Positions 39,101-52,550 are shown, counted from the stretch's first letter. The stretch is DNA of 64,000 bases from Auanema rhodensis (GCA_964057225.1 OZ059896.1:7006001-7070000); one strand, 5' to 3'. Numbers and translations: made by a program. The notes: generated from the sequence alone by a model not told the origin.

Positions 39101-40277
39101 ATTTTTTCACAATGAGAATCATAGATCAAAATGAAACGTTTTCTTTCTAGGAAAAAGAAACGAGATTTGATCATTTTTCAGAATCAAAAAATAAAATTAA
39201 CAGAAAAACAAGTTACATTTATTGATGATCCATCCTCCCAAACCCAGTCAGAACCACTTCGAAATCCAGAAGTGAAATAAGCCACTGATGGATCTTTAAA
39301 AAAAAGTTTTAATGAGGTATTTAAAATTATTATTTATCAGAACGCACCAAAGTGGATCGCTAAATAATTGAGAAGAATCAGACGATCGTTTTCCTTTGAA
39401 ACTGACGATAATACCGAAATTGGACATGATTCCTGAACAATTTCGTTTTTAAATACAGTAAGATGTCTTTGACAAACTTTAGCTTCATTATAATTACTAA
39501 AAGATTTTTTGCTGATTGAAATACATTTATTTGCTAGTTGATAATCAGACCCTGTGCATAGTTGCTTTGAACCTTAAAATTCAAACGGTATTATATGAGG
39601 CCATAACTAAACAATTTAGCAAATATTCCGAACTAATTCAATTCAGTTGAGCAGAAGTAGTATTGATGATCGAAATTATATCAAACATTTCTAACATCGG
39701 AAAAAGCAAATAAAAAATATATTTGCACAAGCGTTTAAAAGAAATTTAAATAACTTTCTATGTAAAAATCAAAGAAATTTACCCATCTCATCGTTAGATG
39801 GACATTTCACTTGAACTATCTGGTTACAAAACTGAGCTTTGAATGTAAAACAAGTAATATTAGAAACACAAGCAATAGAATATAATTGCTTTCCTGCTGG
39901 CACTGTTTGAGGAACAGCCACAGGTGGACTAGATGTTCTGAAAAATGTTGCATGCTTGAACTTCAATTCTTCTTTTTAAGAAATTAAGCGAAGATTTAGA
40001 AATTATTTTTATTTATTTTCAGTTTCGAACCTGTCAATTGAACATGCTATTCTTAGATATTCATCATTGATTGATGAAGCACAAAGTGGATAAAACTGTC
40101 CGTCAGCTGCAGTAACTTCAAGCACAGAACTACCGGTTAATCTTCAAGTAAATTTTCAATATTAGGAAAACTAAATAACTGAATAAATTTTAAAATATAA
40201 TACCTAAATTGAATCGAATTTACAATAGGGGAGAACTGAATAAAATACAAGAAACCGACAAGTAGAGAGAGAGACAT
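36106..40277 (-). CDS. svh-1: SVH-1 HGF/plasminogen-like secreted serine protease (signal peptide, C-type lectin, kringle, LDLa, PAN, SRCR, trypsin)
   Basis: Signal [21 protein letters not shown]; CTL (WVWEDGS..GRCLA..DC); kringle (PCMRWND..HNYCR); LDLa ([13 protein letters not shown]); PAN (CAKRCLD..CEAFSY); SRCR-like domains; activation site R|VVGG; catalytic triad TAAHC, HDLAIL, GDSGGP; ends [11 protein letters not shown]. Confidence 0.88.
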
Positions 40278-40557
40278 TGGCGAAGCAAAGGCGGACCGGT
40301 CGCTGACTTGACTGACTAGTAGCAGACGGACTCTTTCAGTCATACTGTCGGTACAAGGGGATTTAGCGAATTTCCGTCAGCAATTTTCCATATAAAAGAA
40401 ATAGCTAGAGAGGAGATAGAGATATAGAGAATTATGTGAAACGCTTTATAGCTGCATAACAAGACAACAAAAAGAAAACAAAAAACAGAAAATCTCTACA
40501 AATTTTGAAATAAATATACGTTTTAAAAGCTATTATATCTAACATCTAAAAACATTT

Positions 40558-42139
40558 TTATCTAACAAATTTAGATTTACGTAAAAATAAATCACGGAAG
40601 GGTGTCTTTGAATCTGTTGGCATAGGCTTAATTCCGACCAACTTTTTGATTGTTGGATGTCGAAGCATCTGTGATTGAAGCATACCAGTAGTAGAAACTA
40701 CAAGCCAATACATAGGAATAACCTAAATAATTTTAAAATATTGAAAAGTACAAAAATGAAATGTTGACAAAAATAATGAAAATCAACAACAAGTGACTCA
40801 CAGCAGGTAGATTCGACATAATGACTACGGCAAATAGTGTGAAAGAAGCTAACAAAAAATCATACGTCTTGGTTCGTAGATTGCTTCCCACTACTGGATA
40901 AATTCGACGTTGTGACTGAAATAATAGCTATGACATCTTCATAATGACGCATTTGTTTTCTTTTGTTCATTAAAACAATCAAAAAGAAGATTATGGGAAA
41001 GAACGTAGTTATAAGTATGCTTGAGTAATCTAATTATACAGGAAAAATAAAATCGCTTACCCATATATTGAGAAAACCAAAAGCTCCTACTGCAACAGGA
41101 ATAATAAAATATGGATCAGGAACAAGAAGATCAGGAACCCAAAAAGCTCCAGCAATATTGGGATGAAAATCAGCTTTAATGATGATAATAAAAATAAATA
41201 ATAATACGAATACTTACCACTAATAACATTTCTCAAAGCAAATGATGAGAAAATCCAAACGGGCACAGTACAGATTTTCAAATTTTGAATTCGTGAAGCT
41301 TGTAGATTATGCTGGGATAGAAGCATAGGAACATGTTCAGACAACTAAATTATTTTATAACAAATAAAATTAAACAAATACATACCGCCTTATTAGCAAT
41401 AGAAGTTATCTTAGCATTTTCTGTTTTTAATTCTAATTGATTTGTTTTAGGATTTTGGGTAACTTCCACTTTATATTGTTCCCCTACTTTCTGAAAAACA
41501 TGAAATTAGAAATATGGCTAGCTTATATGTACTTGAACATTCAAAAAAAAGGTCACTGATCATTCAATTTTAAACAGGCATTATACACACGCTAGTTTCT
41601 TTTTTACGATTAGTAGTCTTTGTTAGGGTTTCATCAATCTTTTATAAGAAATGGCATTGTTGAAATGTATTTTTTTTAAATATAAACATAAGAACTGCCT
41701 TTAAGAGTCCGTGGGTTAGAGCACTTTGAGCATGCATTCTACTAGCTAATAGCTTCTCAGAATATACATGAAAAGGTGCCGTCAAAAGTCGTAAAGCGAT
41801 CCCACTTGCGATGAACGTAGTAGCCCAAGGTAATCCTAATCCGTGTAAAGCTAAATACAACTTGTATTTTAAATTTTCTAAACTACAAGCATACCTTGCA
41901 TTCCAGTTTCTATTCCCTGAGTTATATTACATTCAGATGCATATTGGAAAAACGGAGCCAAAGCGGAAGGTAATTGACTAATATTTCTTTTAGTATTTGT
42001 TATCTAAAGTAAAGCTATATATAATTATGAATATGAAACTAACGGGACTGAAATGATGATGGTTTTGATTCCCAGCTAAAACATAAGAACAGGAGGGTAG
42101 AATAGAGGTTACCCTTCTTGGGTATCCTGATAAAATCAT
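40558..42139 (-). CDS. cox-18: COX18-like Oxa1/YidC-family mitochondrial inner-membrane insertase
   Basis: ATG directly after a TATCAG acceptor. LHGLGLPWATTFIASGIALRLLTAP, VPVWIFSSFALRN, PIYWLVVSTTGMLQSQMLRHP, and C-terminal TDSKTPFRDL resembling the COX18 tail. Stop at 40558-40560. Confidence 0.8.
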
Positions 42140-42212
42140 CTGATATATTAACGTGATTAAAGGAATATCACGCATAATTGTAAAGTAATTCGAGTAATCA
42201 TATAACTCCAAG
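42140..42212 (-). promoter_or_regulatory. Ur-like element and trans-splice acceptor (operon intercistronic region)
   Basis: On the minus strand, a GAGT-N9-ACTC stem-loop followed by TACTTT (UAYYUU) lies ~45 nt before the acceptor that abuts the cox-18 ATG. Only ~197 nt separate the upstream stop from this ATG. Confidence 0.55.
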
Positions 42213-42335
42213 AATAAATAAACGTTCTAAGTTAATAATTTATGTTTCAATATATAAAATGGAAATATTTACTAATACAAAAATCACAAGTATATAACAC
42301 ACGTCTTAAATGTAGGACGGTTAATGCTTAAACTT

Positions 42336-42868
42336 TCACGAACCTAGTCTTTGTCCTGGCCCACCAAATACTTTACTATCAGATTTCTTATTGGTCATCA
42401 TATCAGAACTATTAGATGTTCCCCTATATGCACTTGGTGGTTGAGAAAATGGATTATTGGCTGGTCTTGCGGCAGATCCTGCGTTGGAAGTGGGTGCAGT
42501 TACTGCACGTTCTTGAGTTGCGGTAATCAAAATTAAAATAAGAATAATTCCCAATGGTCCCATAAATATCAAAGCCAGAGCAGTTAGTAAAATATGCGCT
42601 GGTTCAACTGTATATCCAGCAACTTGAAAGTTGTTAATTCCAAAGGACTGTAGCTGCTCATTAATTGCTGTCCAATAGTGAGAAAATCCATCAGTAGGAC
42701 CTTGACCACGAACCTGAAGTTTTGAATAGTATAAGTCACAAAATTCAAGAAAGGAACCTCCTGCTGTTGGTGTCTAGGAGCTGAATCATGTGATCTATGT
42801 TCCCTAGAATTCTGAGAACGATATTCATCGTCACTAACAACTTCACCATTCGCTAAAACTCGAACCAT
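42336..42868 (-). CDS. FAM241: FAM241/DUF4605 family small membrane protein (exons 42758-42868, 42336-42713; 162 aa) with C-terminal SHP box
   Basis: N-terminus MVRVLANGEVVSDD matches recalled human FAM241B (MVRILANGEIVQDD). INEQLQSFG..VAGYTVEP plus hydrophobic hairpin ILLTALALIFMGPLGIILILIL. Ends FGGPGQRLGS*. Confidence 0.85.
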
Positions 42869-44636
42869 CCTAAGAAAATATTAGAATAAATGGTTATCAA
42901 TATATGAAAAAAATAAATAGAAATGAGATTACTTGATTGTGAATTATTTATAGCATTGCAAAGACATATAACATTTACAACTTTTCCAAAATGTATACAT
43001 CATAGAAAGAGTTCTAACACAATATTGTTTTGAAGTTGGAAAATTAAAAAAAAAGAGGATACATAAGAAAAAATCTGAATTCAATTAAGAATATCAACTC
43101 TACGTATGCACACTATACGTTGTATTGATATGAACTGGTTACTAATTATGGCGAGTAGATACGGTTCAGTGGAACTTATAATTTTCCTCATACTTCAATT
43201 TAATCCTTCAAGTTTTCATTATGTTCAAAAACTTGATTTGTTTTCCCAGAAAGTACAAATATTTCAGGTCAAAGAATATTTATCTTTGAAAAAATGTTGT
43301 AATAAGTAGTAGGCTGATTTAATAGTAAAATTCAATTCCCTATCATTTACATTATTAGTACTAGAAAAACGTTGTGTCGTTTTTATTTTACGGTATTTGG
43401 GATAAAGATATTTAATGTCTATCACAATCAATAATCATAGACTAGATCTTGGGCTATAAATTCTAAATAGGATATTCTTTTCAGTTCTCTCAATCTGCGA
43501 TTTACTGTATTGTTTCTAGAATAAACACCCCCTCCCTCTCTTAATATTTATGTTATCACAACAAAATCATTACTGAAATCACAAAAATGAAGAACGGTTG
43601 TTTTTATCATGGCAGAAAGCTCTATCTAATAATAACTAAAAATAGCTCAATACTTTTGATATATACATATAATAAATTTAAAAAATTATATTATTTTTGT
43701 TACGAAATAAGACTTACCGTTCAATAAAAATTTACATCTTAAATTATATTTAATAAAAGTTCATCGATGCAATTTCTATTTTTCAACTTGACTTAGTTAG
43801 TAGCTCCAATGCCAATTCCTTTCTATCTATTACACTCTCTCAACTACGCACACTGTTTCAAGCTGTGACTAATCGTGCTTAATACTTTTAATTGTGTACC
43901 GAACTCCTTTTCGCCCTGTTATAATATTGTTCCAACAATCCAAAAAAGCATTTTCAGTTCCAAAATAACATACATATATCACCATACAAAAATACAGTTT
44001 TTTTAGTATTGGAACTACATACCATGTGATATTCTATGAGCTACCGTCAGTATTTGTGATTTTGTTATTCTTATTGAACTAACGTTAATGCTATGTTAAT
44101 ATCGGATCACATATGTTTATTCTTCTGATATCCAAGAAAGACATCGTGGATCCAAGTTTCTTTATTTTTTGTAGATGTTGCTGCACCTTTTGATTGCTCG
44201 CATATGCACATTTCCAGTTTTGCTTAGATAAGCTTGTTGAATTGTTCTCCATCTAAGGCCAACACCTTTGATTTTTCTATTGATTGAAGCTATATTGTTG
44301 TGCCAAGCGTGTTTTCTCAGGAAAAGCTTTACTGTAAAATACCTCACAATGTTATGTGCACTACTTGTCATACTCCATTTTGGTCTTTTACTATGATGAC
44401 CTGAGAAAAGTGCCATTGACTTAAGCATTACCAACCATCGCTGTCTGAATATTCTGAAGACTGGAAAAATAAAGACAGTTTTTGCTTTGTTTCATGATTC
44501 ATACTACCTCATTCATCTCTTCTGTTGTTTCTTGTTGACTATGCTACTGATACATTTCTTCATTATTATCGATGTTTCTTCCAAATCTTTCCTTATTTTG
44601 ATTCAATTTTGGTGTTGTTTTTTCCAGCATGACTTC

Positions 44637-47600
44637 ATGCTTATGAGTGGTGACAGGAGTCCAATAAACGTAAGTGCTATACGAGCACAGCTCGAGCAGC
44701 AACTATTACATCACAATCGTTCTGCGGCCACACTTCCAAAGAGGAGATCACGTAGCACCGTGAGCAATATAGAAGGTTTGCAATACTTTATGTTATAAGA
44801 ACTATTTGGTTTTATTTGGTAGCAATTTGTTCTATCCTGTTTCTTTTTTAGATGGTTCTTTACATACTTCGCCTCCTGTGCCAAGACATAGCCTGGCTGA
44901 GACAGCGACAGATGCGAATGCCGTAATTACTTTCTTAAGTTTCTGTTTCATGTTTTTCTCGTTGTAGTCTTCTCCCGGACGTCTAGTTTTACCTGAGATA
45001 CCAGCACGTGTAGCTTCGCGGGAAATTGGCAAAAAACCTCCTCTCTATCCAAAACCAAAGTTTCTTGAACCAGTGAGTTTTTATTAATGATATTTAACAT
45101 GAATATGGTATCATTGTCCGCACCTCTCAGCTGAATAAACTTCTGTAGCTTTTGATCGTATATTGATTTTTCTCTTTGGCAACTGGTTCCCGGGAGCTGC
45201 GGCGATTTTTCCATGTTCAACGCTCGAAATTATTCAACAAATATACTTCAAAACTATTCCCTAGAATATTCTTGTGTTGCTATACGTTATGTGTTTTTTT
45301 GTCATTCCTCGTTTTAAGATTTGGGGTATTTTCGTTGAAAGCGATTTGTTTGCTTTGTTTGGGATTTATCGTATCTCTCGCTAATGTTGTCTTTGTAGAA
45401 ATCCACCTCTACGATGCCTGAAGAAATATCATCGCCGGCTACTAATGGTCAGTGCACTCCGGTCATTACGGTTTCATCTACATCTGAAAACCTGAACGAT
45501 TCATTACCTCCATGCTTGGTGAGAACATCAAGGAAATTATTTGACAGCTTTTTTTTTAGTCTGATTCAGTGTTACGTAGAGCCCAGATGTTTGAAGATAA
45601 TGGAACAATTCCTATATCACCTAGTTATTCTGCAAATGATAGTGCTAGGTATTCATATTTGTAAAATAAGTATATAAAAGTACTTTATTTATTATTCTAG
45701 GCCTGATTCGACAGTTTCAACATTTTCAAATTCAAGTTGTCATAAGGATTTTTCGGATAGTGAAAGCGAAGACGAAAGGAGGCCAGAACATCTTGGAACA
45801 AATCTTGACCTTGAGCATTTAAGCCCTAATAAATTTAATACTAGGAGGTTTATTTTACATATCTTGAGGTGGGAAATAATTGATTTCAATTTGTAGAACT
45901 TCCTCATTTGGACAAAATCATGATAGCGTGATGCATGAAAAAATTATGTCAGAATTAAAACGCCAAGGAGTAGTCAGGTAAAATACAATTTTAGATAATT
46001 TATTAATTTGTTGTGTGTACAGGTCCAGTTCACATCAGCCTTTGTTCAAAAAACGAGTTGAAACTCATACACATAGAACTAAGATTGGGAAATCTGATGG
46101 TATCAGTAGTCCTCCGAGTGAAATAATTCCTAGTGATGTTGGAAAACTGCGAACTGATCTCAAGGTATTTAGCAAATACTAGATGTCGTTTATACTCATT
46201 TTAATGAAATTAAGAAAAAAAATGATGCTGATGATACAGAATTCCCATCATCCAATTCAGATGAATCGCACAGTAGGGGTGATAGTATGATTTCTGATAG
46301 GAATAGTACATTAACCACATTAAGCGATAATGATGGGGTAATTGAATATTGCACAGGAGATCCTGAAGAAGTATGAAGTATTAATAGTTAATTAATAATA
46401 TTTTTTTCTTCAGGATAATCGATTAAAGAAATTACATTATGCTGCTAACGAGTTTTACTCTATGCAAATGGCTTTTGTAAAATATTTAAGAGATGTGGGA
46501 GAGGTAGATAAACTATTATTTTCTCCTGTCATTTATTAAATTTGCAGATCTATCCAAAATATGTTCAAGAATATGGTAATAGAATTGGTAAAGATTTACT
46601 TGCTATCCCTCCTGGCCACTCAGTACATCCAGTTCTCCAACTATCTCAGGAATTTTCTCAAATAATTAATGTACATAAAATATTTCTGGGAGCGTTCACA
46701 ACATTACATTCGAATTGGTGCGTATCTCATAACTTTTTTTTATTATATATTGTTCGTTTTCAGGAATTCATTAAATCCTAGTTTATCTGATGTCATTTTG
46801 AAATTGGCTGATTTTTTAAAAATCTGTAAACAATTTTTACTGGAGAAGTCCCGATTTGTGCAGGATATATCTAAACTTCAAGAAGAAAATAAAGAATTTG
46901 AAGCTGCGACTGTATCGGTAACGTATATATTTCTATAAAACTGAAATAAAACCTTATTTTATAGTTTGAGCAGAAAATATTCGGTCGAGGAGTTGGTGCT
47001 ATAGTTCAACAACTTGATCAAGTTCATCAAAATTTTATGAGGTTTGGTTATAAGTGGAATGGTCATTTTAAACTGCATTTATAGATATAAACTTCTAATG
47101 TTAGCTTATCGACGTCATTTAATAGAAGACAGCGAAGAATGGAAGAAAGCTGGAGGTGGATTCTCATTAAATGAATTTCTTTACAATTCAAATTTTATTA
47201 TAGAGGCTATTGATAAACTTGAAAATATAACACGGAGTGTTAACGAAGCTATGGGATATGCTACTAACGAAGAGCTTTATAAGTTATATATTCGATTCCA
47301 GGTATAGATTATTATGATTTATATCTTTATTAGTATTTACTTTATTTTTAGTGTCAGTTTGATGTGTTTTATCAAGGGAGACGTCTTATCCGACAAGGAG
47401 AGGTTATGAAACAAACAAGGAAAGAACCTCAACCTCGCTACTTAATTCTTGTATTTCGAAGTCAAAAAGATTATTTGTTATGAAATATATTTTAGTTTTC
47501 TGATGTTCTTTGGATTTGTCGTGTGTATTCTGGAATAATAGGATCAGGAGATTTCGATATGGCTAAATCCTATCGAATTCCAATAGATGGAGTTCGATTG

Positions 47601-49166
47601 GATTTCAATGATCACGAAGATTACGAGAAAATATTAACTGTCCGTAGCAAACAGAGAAGCGTCATATTGATATTTCCGTGAGAAAAATTTAAAAAGTCTG
47701 TTTTCATAATTTTTAAATTATAGATCGGTTAAAGAGAGAAATATTTGGCATAGTGATATTTCAAATGCTAAACGAGATGTAAAACTTTTTAAACGTCGTA
47801 TGAGTGAAGCTATTGAAAAACAACGCAGACAAAGCACTGTATTAATTTGTTTTTTTCTTTTAAAATTATATTTTTGAGTTTAGGCTCCTCTACCTGTTTT
47901 ATCTCCTGTCCCAGGCCTAGTTGATGAAAGTGAATCGATAGCCAGTACTGGCGAGCAAAGGTAGTTTTAGAATAAGTTATTGGTATAATTACAATTTTTC
48001 TCAAGTTTATCGCGATCGCAAAGCATAGACACGACTTCTCAACCTACTACACCTGTGTCAGATTTACCGAATCCTATTGCACCAGAATGGCCTAGTTCTA
48101 TGGGAGTAGGGAAAAATCGTAAATTTCCTTTGCATAATAACATTGAAAACACAAGTGTTATAGGTGTAAAGTGTTCGGAAGTTGATAAGCCAGTGTGGTT
48201 GCCGGATGACTCATCAACTAAATGTTTAATGGAGAACTGTGATACTTCTTTTTCGTTGTTGAACAGGAGACATCATTGTCGTGATTGTGGATGGGTAATT
48301 TTTATTTTTGATTAGCACGAGTGATGATATTTTTAATTTTTAAGTTAATTTGCACCAAGTGTTGTGGTCGTGCTCCACTGTCGAAATACGAGTATAAAAA
48401 AGAAATAGTTTGTCCTGAATGTTTTGACAAGATAGTTACAAAATGTATGTCTTTGTTTTAAACAAGATACAGTTACTGGCTTTTAGATAAAGATGGTACT
48501 CTTTTCCCTAAGCGGTTATTATCGAAAACATCTGAGGGAAGCCTTCGTGTTAAAGTTCGAAAAGGACAAAATGTATGTATTACGTAAAAGAAAAGTTTTA
48601 TTAACTTATTTACCCTCTTTAGAATGGATATGCCAGCGTGGAACCTCAATCATTATTTGTTAGTCCTGTTAATAAAGGCTTGAAAAGATTAAATGTTGAC
48701 AAACGATTCAAAGGTGAAGAAGGAGATGTGTTTTCTAAAGTTTATATCAAGTAAGTGAGTTGTACTATTTTCTTTCTTTATTTTTTATTCCAGGTCTCCT
48801 AAAAATGGTAATGATATCCTTCGATATGCATTGCTTCGAGATGGATGTACTTTACAATTTTTCAAAGCTCCCCTGGTATGAAATGTTAAAATCGGTTATG
48901 ATTATCATTGTGCTCGTGTTTTTAGGATGAAAAACCGTGTGAATCATATGTTATTTACGGCTTCACTTTAACAGAGCAACCTTTGGATAATGGGGGAACA
49001 TTGTTCGAATTGGTACACCGAAATCAAATTCAAACTGATCGAAGAGAGAATATCATAGCATTCCGTGTTGAACATCAGAAAAGCATTGAAAAGTTTGTAA
49101 CATATAATGAGACTGATTTTCATTTTTTTTTCCAGGTGGTCAACCGCTCTAAATAAGGCTTTGTAG
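44637..49166 (+). CDS. tag-77: FGD-family RhoGEF (DH-PH-FYVE-PH), TAG-77-like, multi-exon, complete
   Basis: Start follows a TTTTCCAG acceptor. DH domain RLKKLHYAANEF..GAIVQQLDQVHQNFMRYKLLML; PH GRRLIRQGEVMKQTRKEPQPRYLILFSD; FYVE WLPD..CLMENC..RRHHCRDCG; C-terminal PH; TAG at 49164-49166. Matches recalled C. elegans TAG-77 rather than EXC-5. Confidence 0.85.
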
Positions 49167-52100
49167 CAGGATCTCTTCTCACATTTATGTAATTAGTTTA
49201 GTAATTGAAAATATTAATTTCAAACAAAATTTTTAAATTCGAGATTTAATAACTTATTTTCTCTATCATCAACCTTTCATGCATACTAGGGTCTGTTTAG
49301 TAGAAGTGTACACTCTTTCATTTTCCAGCATTTTATGAATTCCGAGTTGATTTCTGATCAAACTCTACAACTTACCTCTTGATCATTCGAAACTAACGCA
49401 TTTTATATCAGCTAGTCATGTTGCTATTCATTTTTGTGATTTTTTCTAAAATTGTGATATCTTTGCTGTCATAACATATCAGCACAGAGTTGCTCAGAAC
49501 TTTATGGGTATAACTTGAACATTTTGTATTTGCATGCTCCTAACTATTTCATATACTTTGTATAAACTTATATTTCAATAATTTCGAATATGCTGTGTGA
49601 TTCCAAAATATAGAATTAAAATAATTTTATCTGAACCTTTTTCTTTATTTTGTCAATGAATTTCTCGCCAATTACAATGAGACACTGATATAATGAACTG
49701 ATAGAATGCATAACGCACGTGGTTGACATGAATCAATGATTTTGAACAGTTCATATTCATTTTTTTGTTGAAAAAAACATTCGTTGAAGTATCTTTATTT
49801 GTATGTATAAGAGTATTAAATTTATGTTTTGAGAAAACAATCTTTCCTGCTAGTAGTAATCAAGAACCGGAATGAATCTAGAAAACGTCATTCTGAATAA
49901 TGCCTAGAAAAGGTTTTGTACTTTTAAGATTTTTGTTCTGAGACTGGTGTTGTTCATATATTTTGGTCAAACTGTTTGTAGAAATCTAACAATTCTGGTA
50001 AGAATACAACATAAGGCGAAGGAAAATATAGTTATCAGAGGTAGATAGGTTAAACAAAACTTTTAAAGTGGGATGTATCTGTATTTCTGATTTAATTGCA
50101 CAAACCAACTTAATTTTCTTTTTAGTTATTAAAGTTTTGAGAAAATGTACAAAAACTGGAGACTGCACAACAACTTTATATTTCCCATTTGATACTGCTT
50201 ATGTCTTTTCTGTTTTCGTTGACGATTCATCTTTTTGAAGATATTCACAAGATTCTTCTTAGAAAAGCTAGCAATGATATTCTTTTGACAAATGGAAAAA
50301 ACATGCTAAACGAATACCAAAGCATGTAAGAGATCTAAAAGAAGACTATCTTTCGCAAAAAATTGCTGGAGTGAACTAGTCTGTTAGAATATTTACAACA
50401 ATTTCAATAAATAAACAAATAAACATACAAATAAATATACCAACATATATAAATATATTAAACAAAGCAAAATGTTGAAGAATTATACAATCTGAAATGA
50501 TTCTCCTCTATCTATTTCTTAAAAAAAGATATGAGCACTCGAAGTTATCCATTTAAATATTATCTTTTTTTTTTGATAATATTATTAATGTACTGTGATG
50601 AATAATTAACAAAGTTTTAAAAACATAATTACTAATGTGTTCAACTACAAGTTGTTTATAATTTTTTTTTGTTTTCTACTCAGTTTCTTTCCTTTGAATA
50701 AGAATATCGCAAGACGAGACTGGAAGGTATGATTGATAAAATTCGATGAATAAACGACACAATCCAAATTGAAACAAAAAAAAATAGCAGTAGTGTTGCA
50801 ATAATACGATATTTTGAATAATTTATTCAAAATTTTGTTTTTTTTTCCCTACAGAGAATGAGCAATGTTGTGCATGTCATTTGTCTGCACAATAGTTTAG
50901 TTGAACAAGATGCATATGAATTGAAACATCCTTTAGTTTATTGCTGATTATAAGTTGAACTTTACATATGTACATATATGTATATAAATATAATTTATTC
51001 ATTTGTTTTATTTTACTTTCCTAATGTCTCTCTTTCTCTCTTGTTTTCTCTCTCTCTCTTCCTATATCTCTCTCTCTCTATCTTGTTCTTCATATCATTC
51101 CCCCCCCCCCTTCCACCCCCCTTATAAAACGTGAGCAATTTAGACATTTGTTCAATACAATTCGTGATTTTTCTGATATAATGAAAAAATGTGAATTAGG
51201 GGTGCTCTTAGGATAGACTATAAGTACGTAGTGAACTATACGTATATGGAGCTGTCAATCGAGCATCGCTCTTGTACCTTTAATTTTGATTTAGATTCAA
51301 CTAGATTCTTTTCAATCTGAGAGATAGAGAAATATGAAATGAAAATTTATTGAGAGAATATTGTCGAAATTTCTTTTTGATAATATTTTTTCAAATATTT
51401 CTCCAATTACTTGATATATAACGGTATAAGTAATATACGATTAGTTGTAAAGCTTGAGTAGTGTTATTATTCATCATGAATAATGCTTGTTGAAGACTAA
51501 TTTTTTTCAATTTTCAATGTTGTATTGTGCATTTGGAAACTCATCACCCATCATATGAAACATCGTTGATTGTGTTGTCTTGTATTGGATCCTTGTTTCT
51601 CTTCCGTTTCTTGCACCATATTTTCGAAAACAATTTAAAATGATCATTTTAGGAGAACAAATGAGTTTCAGAATTTCGAGAGCAACAATTCTCTGAGTGT
51701 GTGGCTAGTGTGAAGTATTCAATTTATTACTCAGATATTCAAAAAATCATTTTTATAAAGAAATTGAAATACATAAAATATAATGTTAAACACTTCATTT
51801 TTATTTATTTTTTTTCAATAACCCTATATTCTTTCTTTTCAATTTTATATTTCTTTTCAATTCTAATAAAATAGTTTACTGAGCTCTTATGACGTGTTTG
51901 CATTTCCTAACATATGAACTATAATTATTAATGAAAGACCTTTTAAGTTTCAAAGTAAAATCACCTTTTATCATAATTCGATCATATAAACTTTCCTTTT
52001 CTGAAGATTTATTAGCTGTTCTTTCAACTTTAATAGAGATTTTCTAACCATTTCAAAGAATATTAAAAGTGATGATAATACAGATGCAGTGTAACTTCAA

Positions 52101-52518
52101 ATCTAATGAATTTACTTCATTTGAATTATTTCATTCCTTTTCTTCTTTGAATATATTTTGAAACATTGAAAACATAAAATTCTTTGAATATTTATCAGAT
52201 CTTGATTTTTAATTTTTGTATTTTTTTTGGAAATTTGATAGATAAAAGACTGTGATTATAATTCTTTAAGTATAGGTATTCCCTTACAACTGTACTTTTC
52301 GTGCAAGAGCTATTACAATAGTTGAGCAAATTATGTTTTGGATGACTATCCTTTTCATTCTTCAATTAAAATTTTTATTTTTACCTAGAAAATATGAAAT
52401 ATAAATGGTAATCAAAAGCTAAATCATGCATTTCTTTAGATTATATCTTTTATTATATAATATATAATATATATATTTATATATAAGAACATTTATGAAT
52501 AAAATAATATATACATAT

Positions 52519-52520
<2 letters not shown>

Positions 52521-52550
<30 letters not shown>
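52521..52550. repeat. (AG)15 microsatellite
   Basis: Perfect AG dinucleotide run. Confidence 0.95.

Noticed and set aside
39636-39690. Apparent extra exon inside a 210-nt svh-1 intron
   Set aside because: The flanking exons already join in phase 1 (M-G-SKQLC), and the insert has no good phase-compatible donor.
48185-48425. FYVE domain lacking the canonical RVC arginine (EIVC)
   Set aside because: As I recall, C. elegans TAG-77 is also degenerate here, so it is not species-specific.
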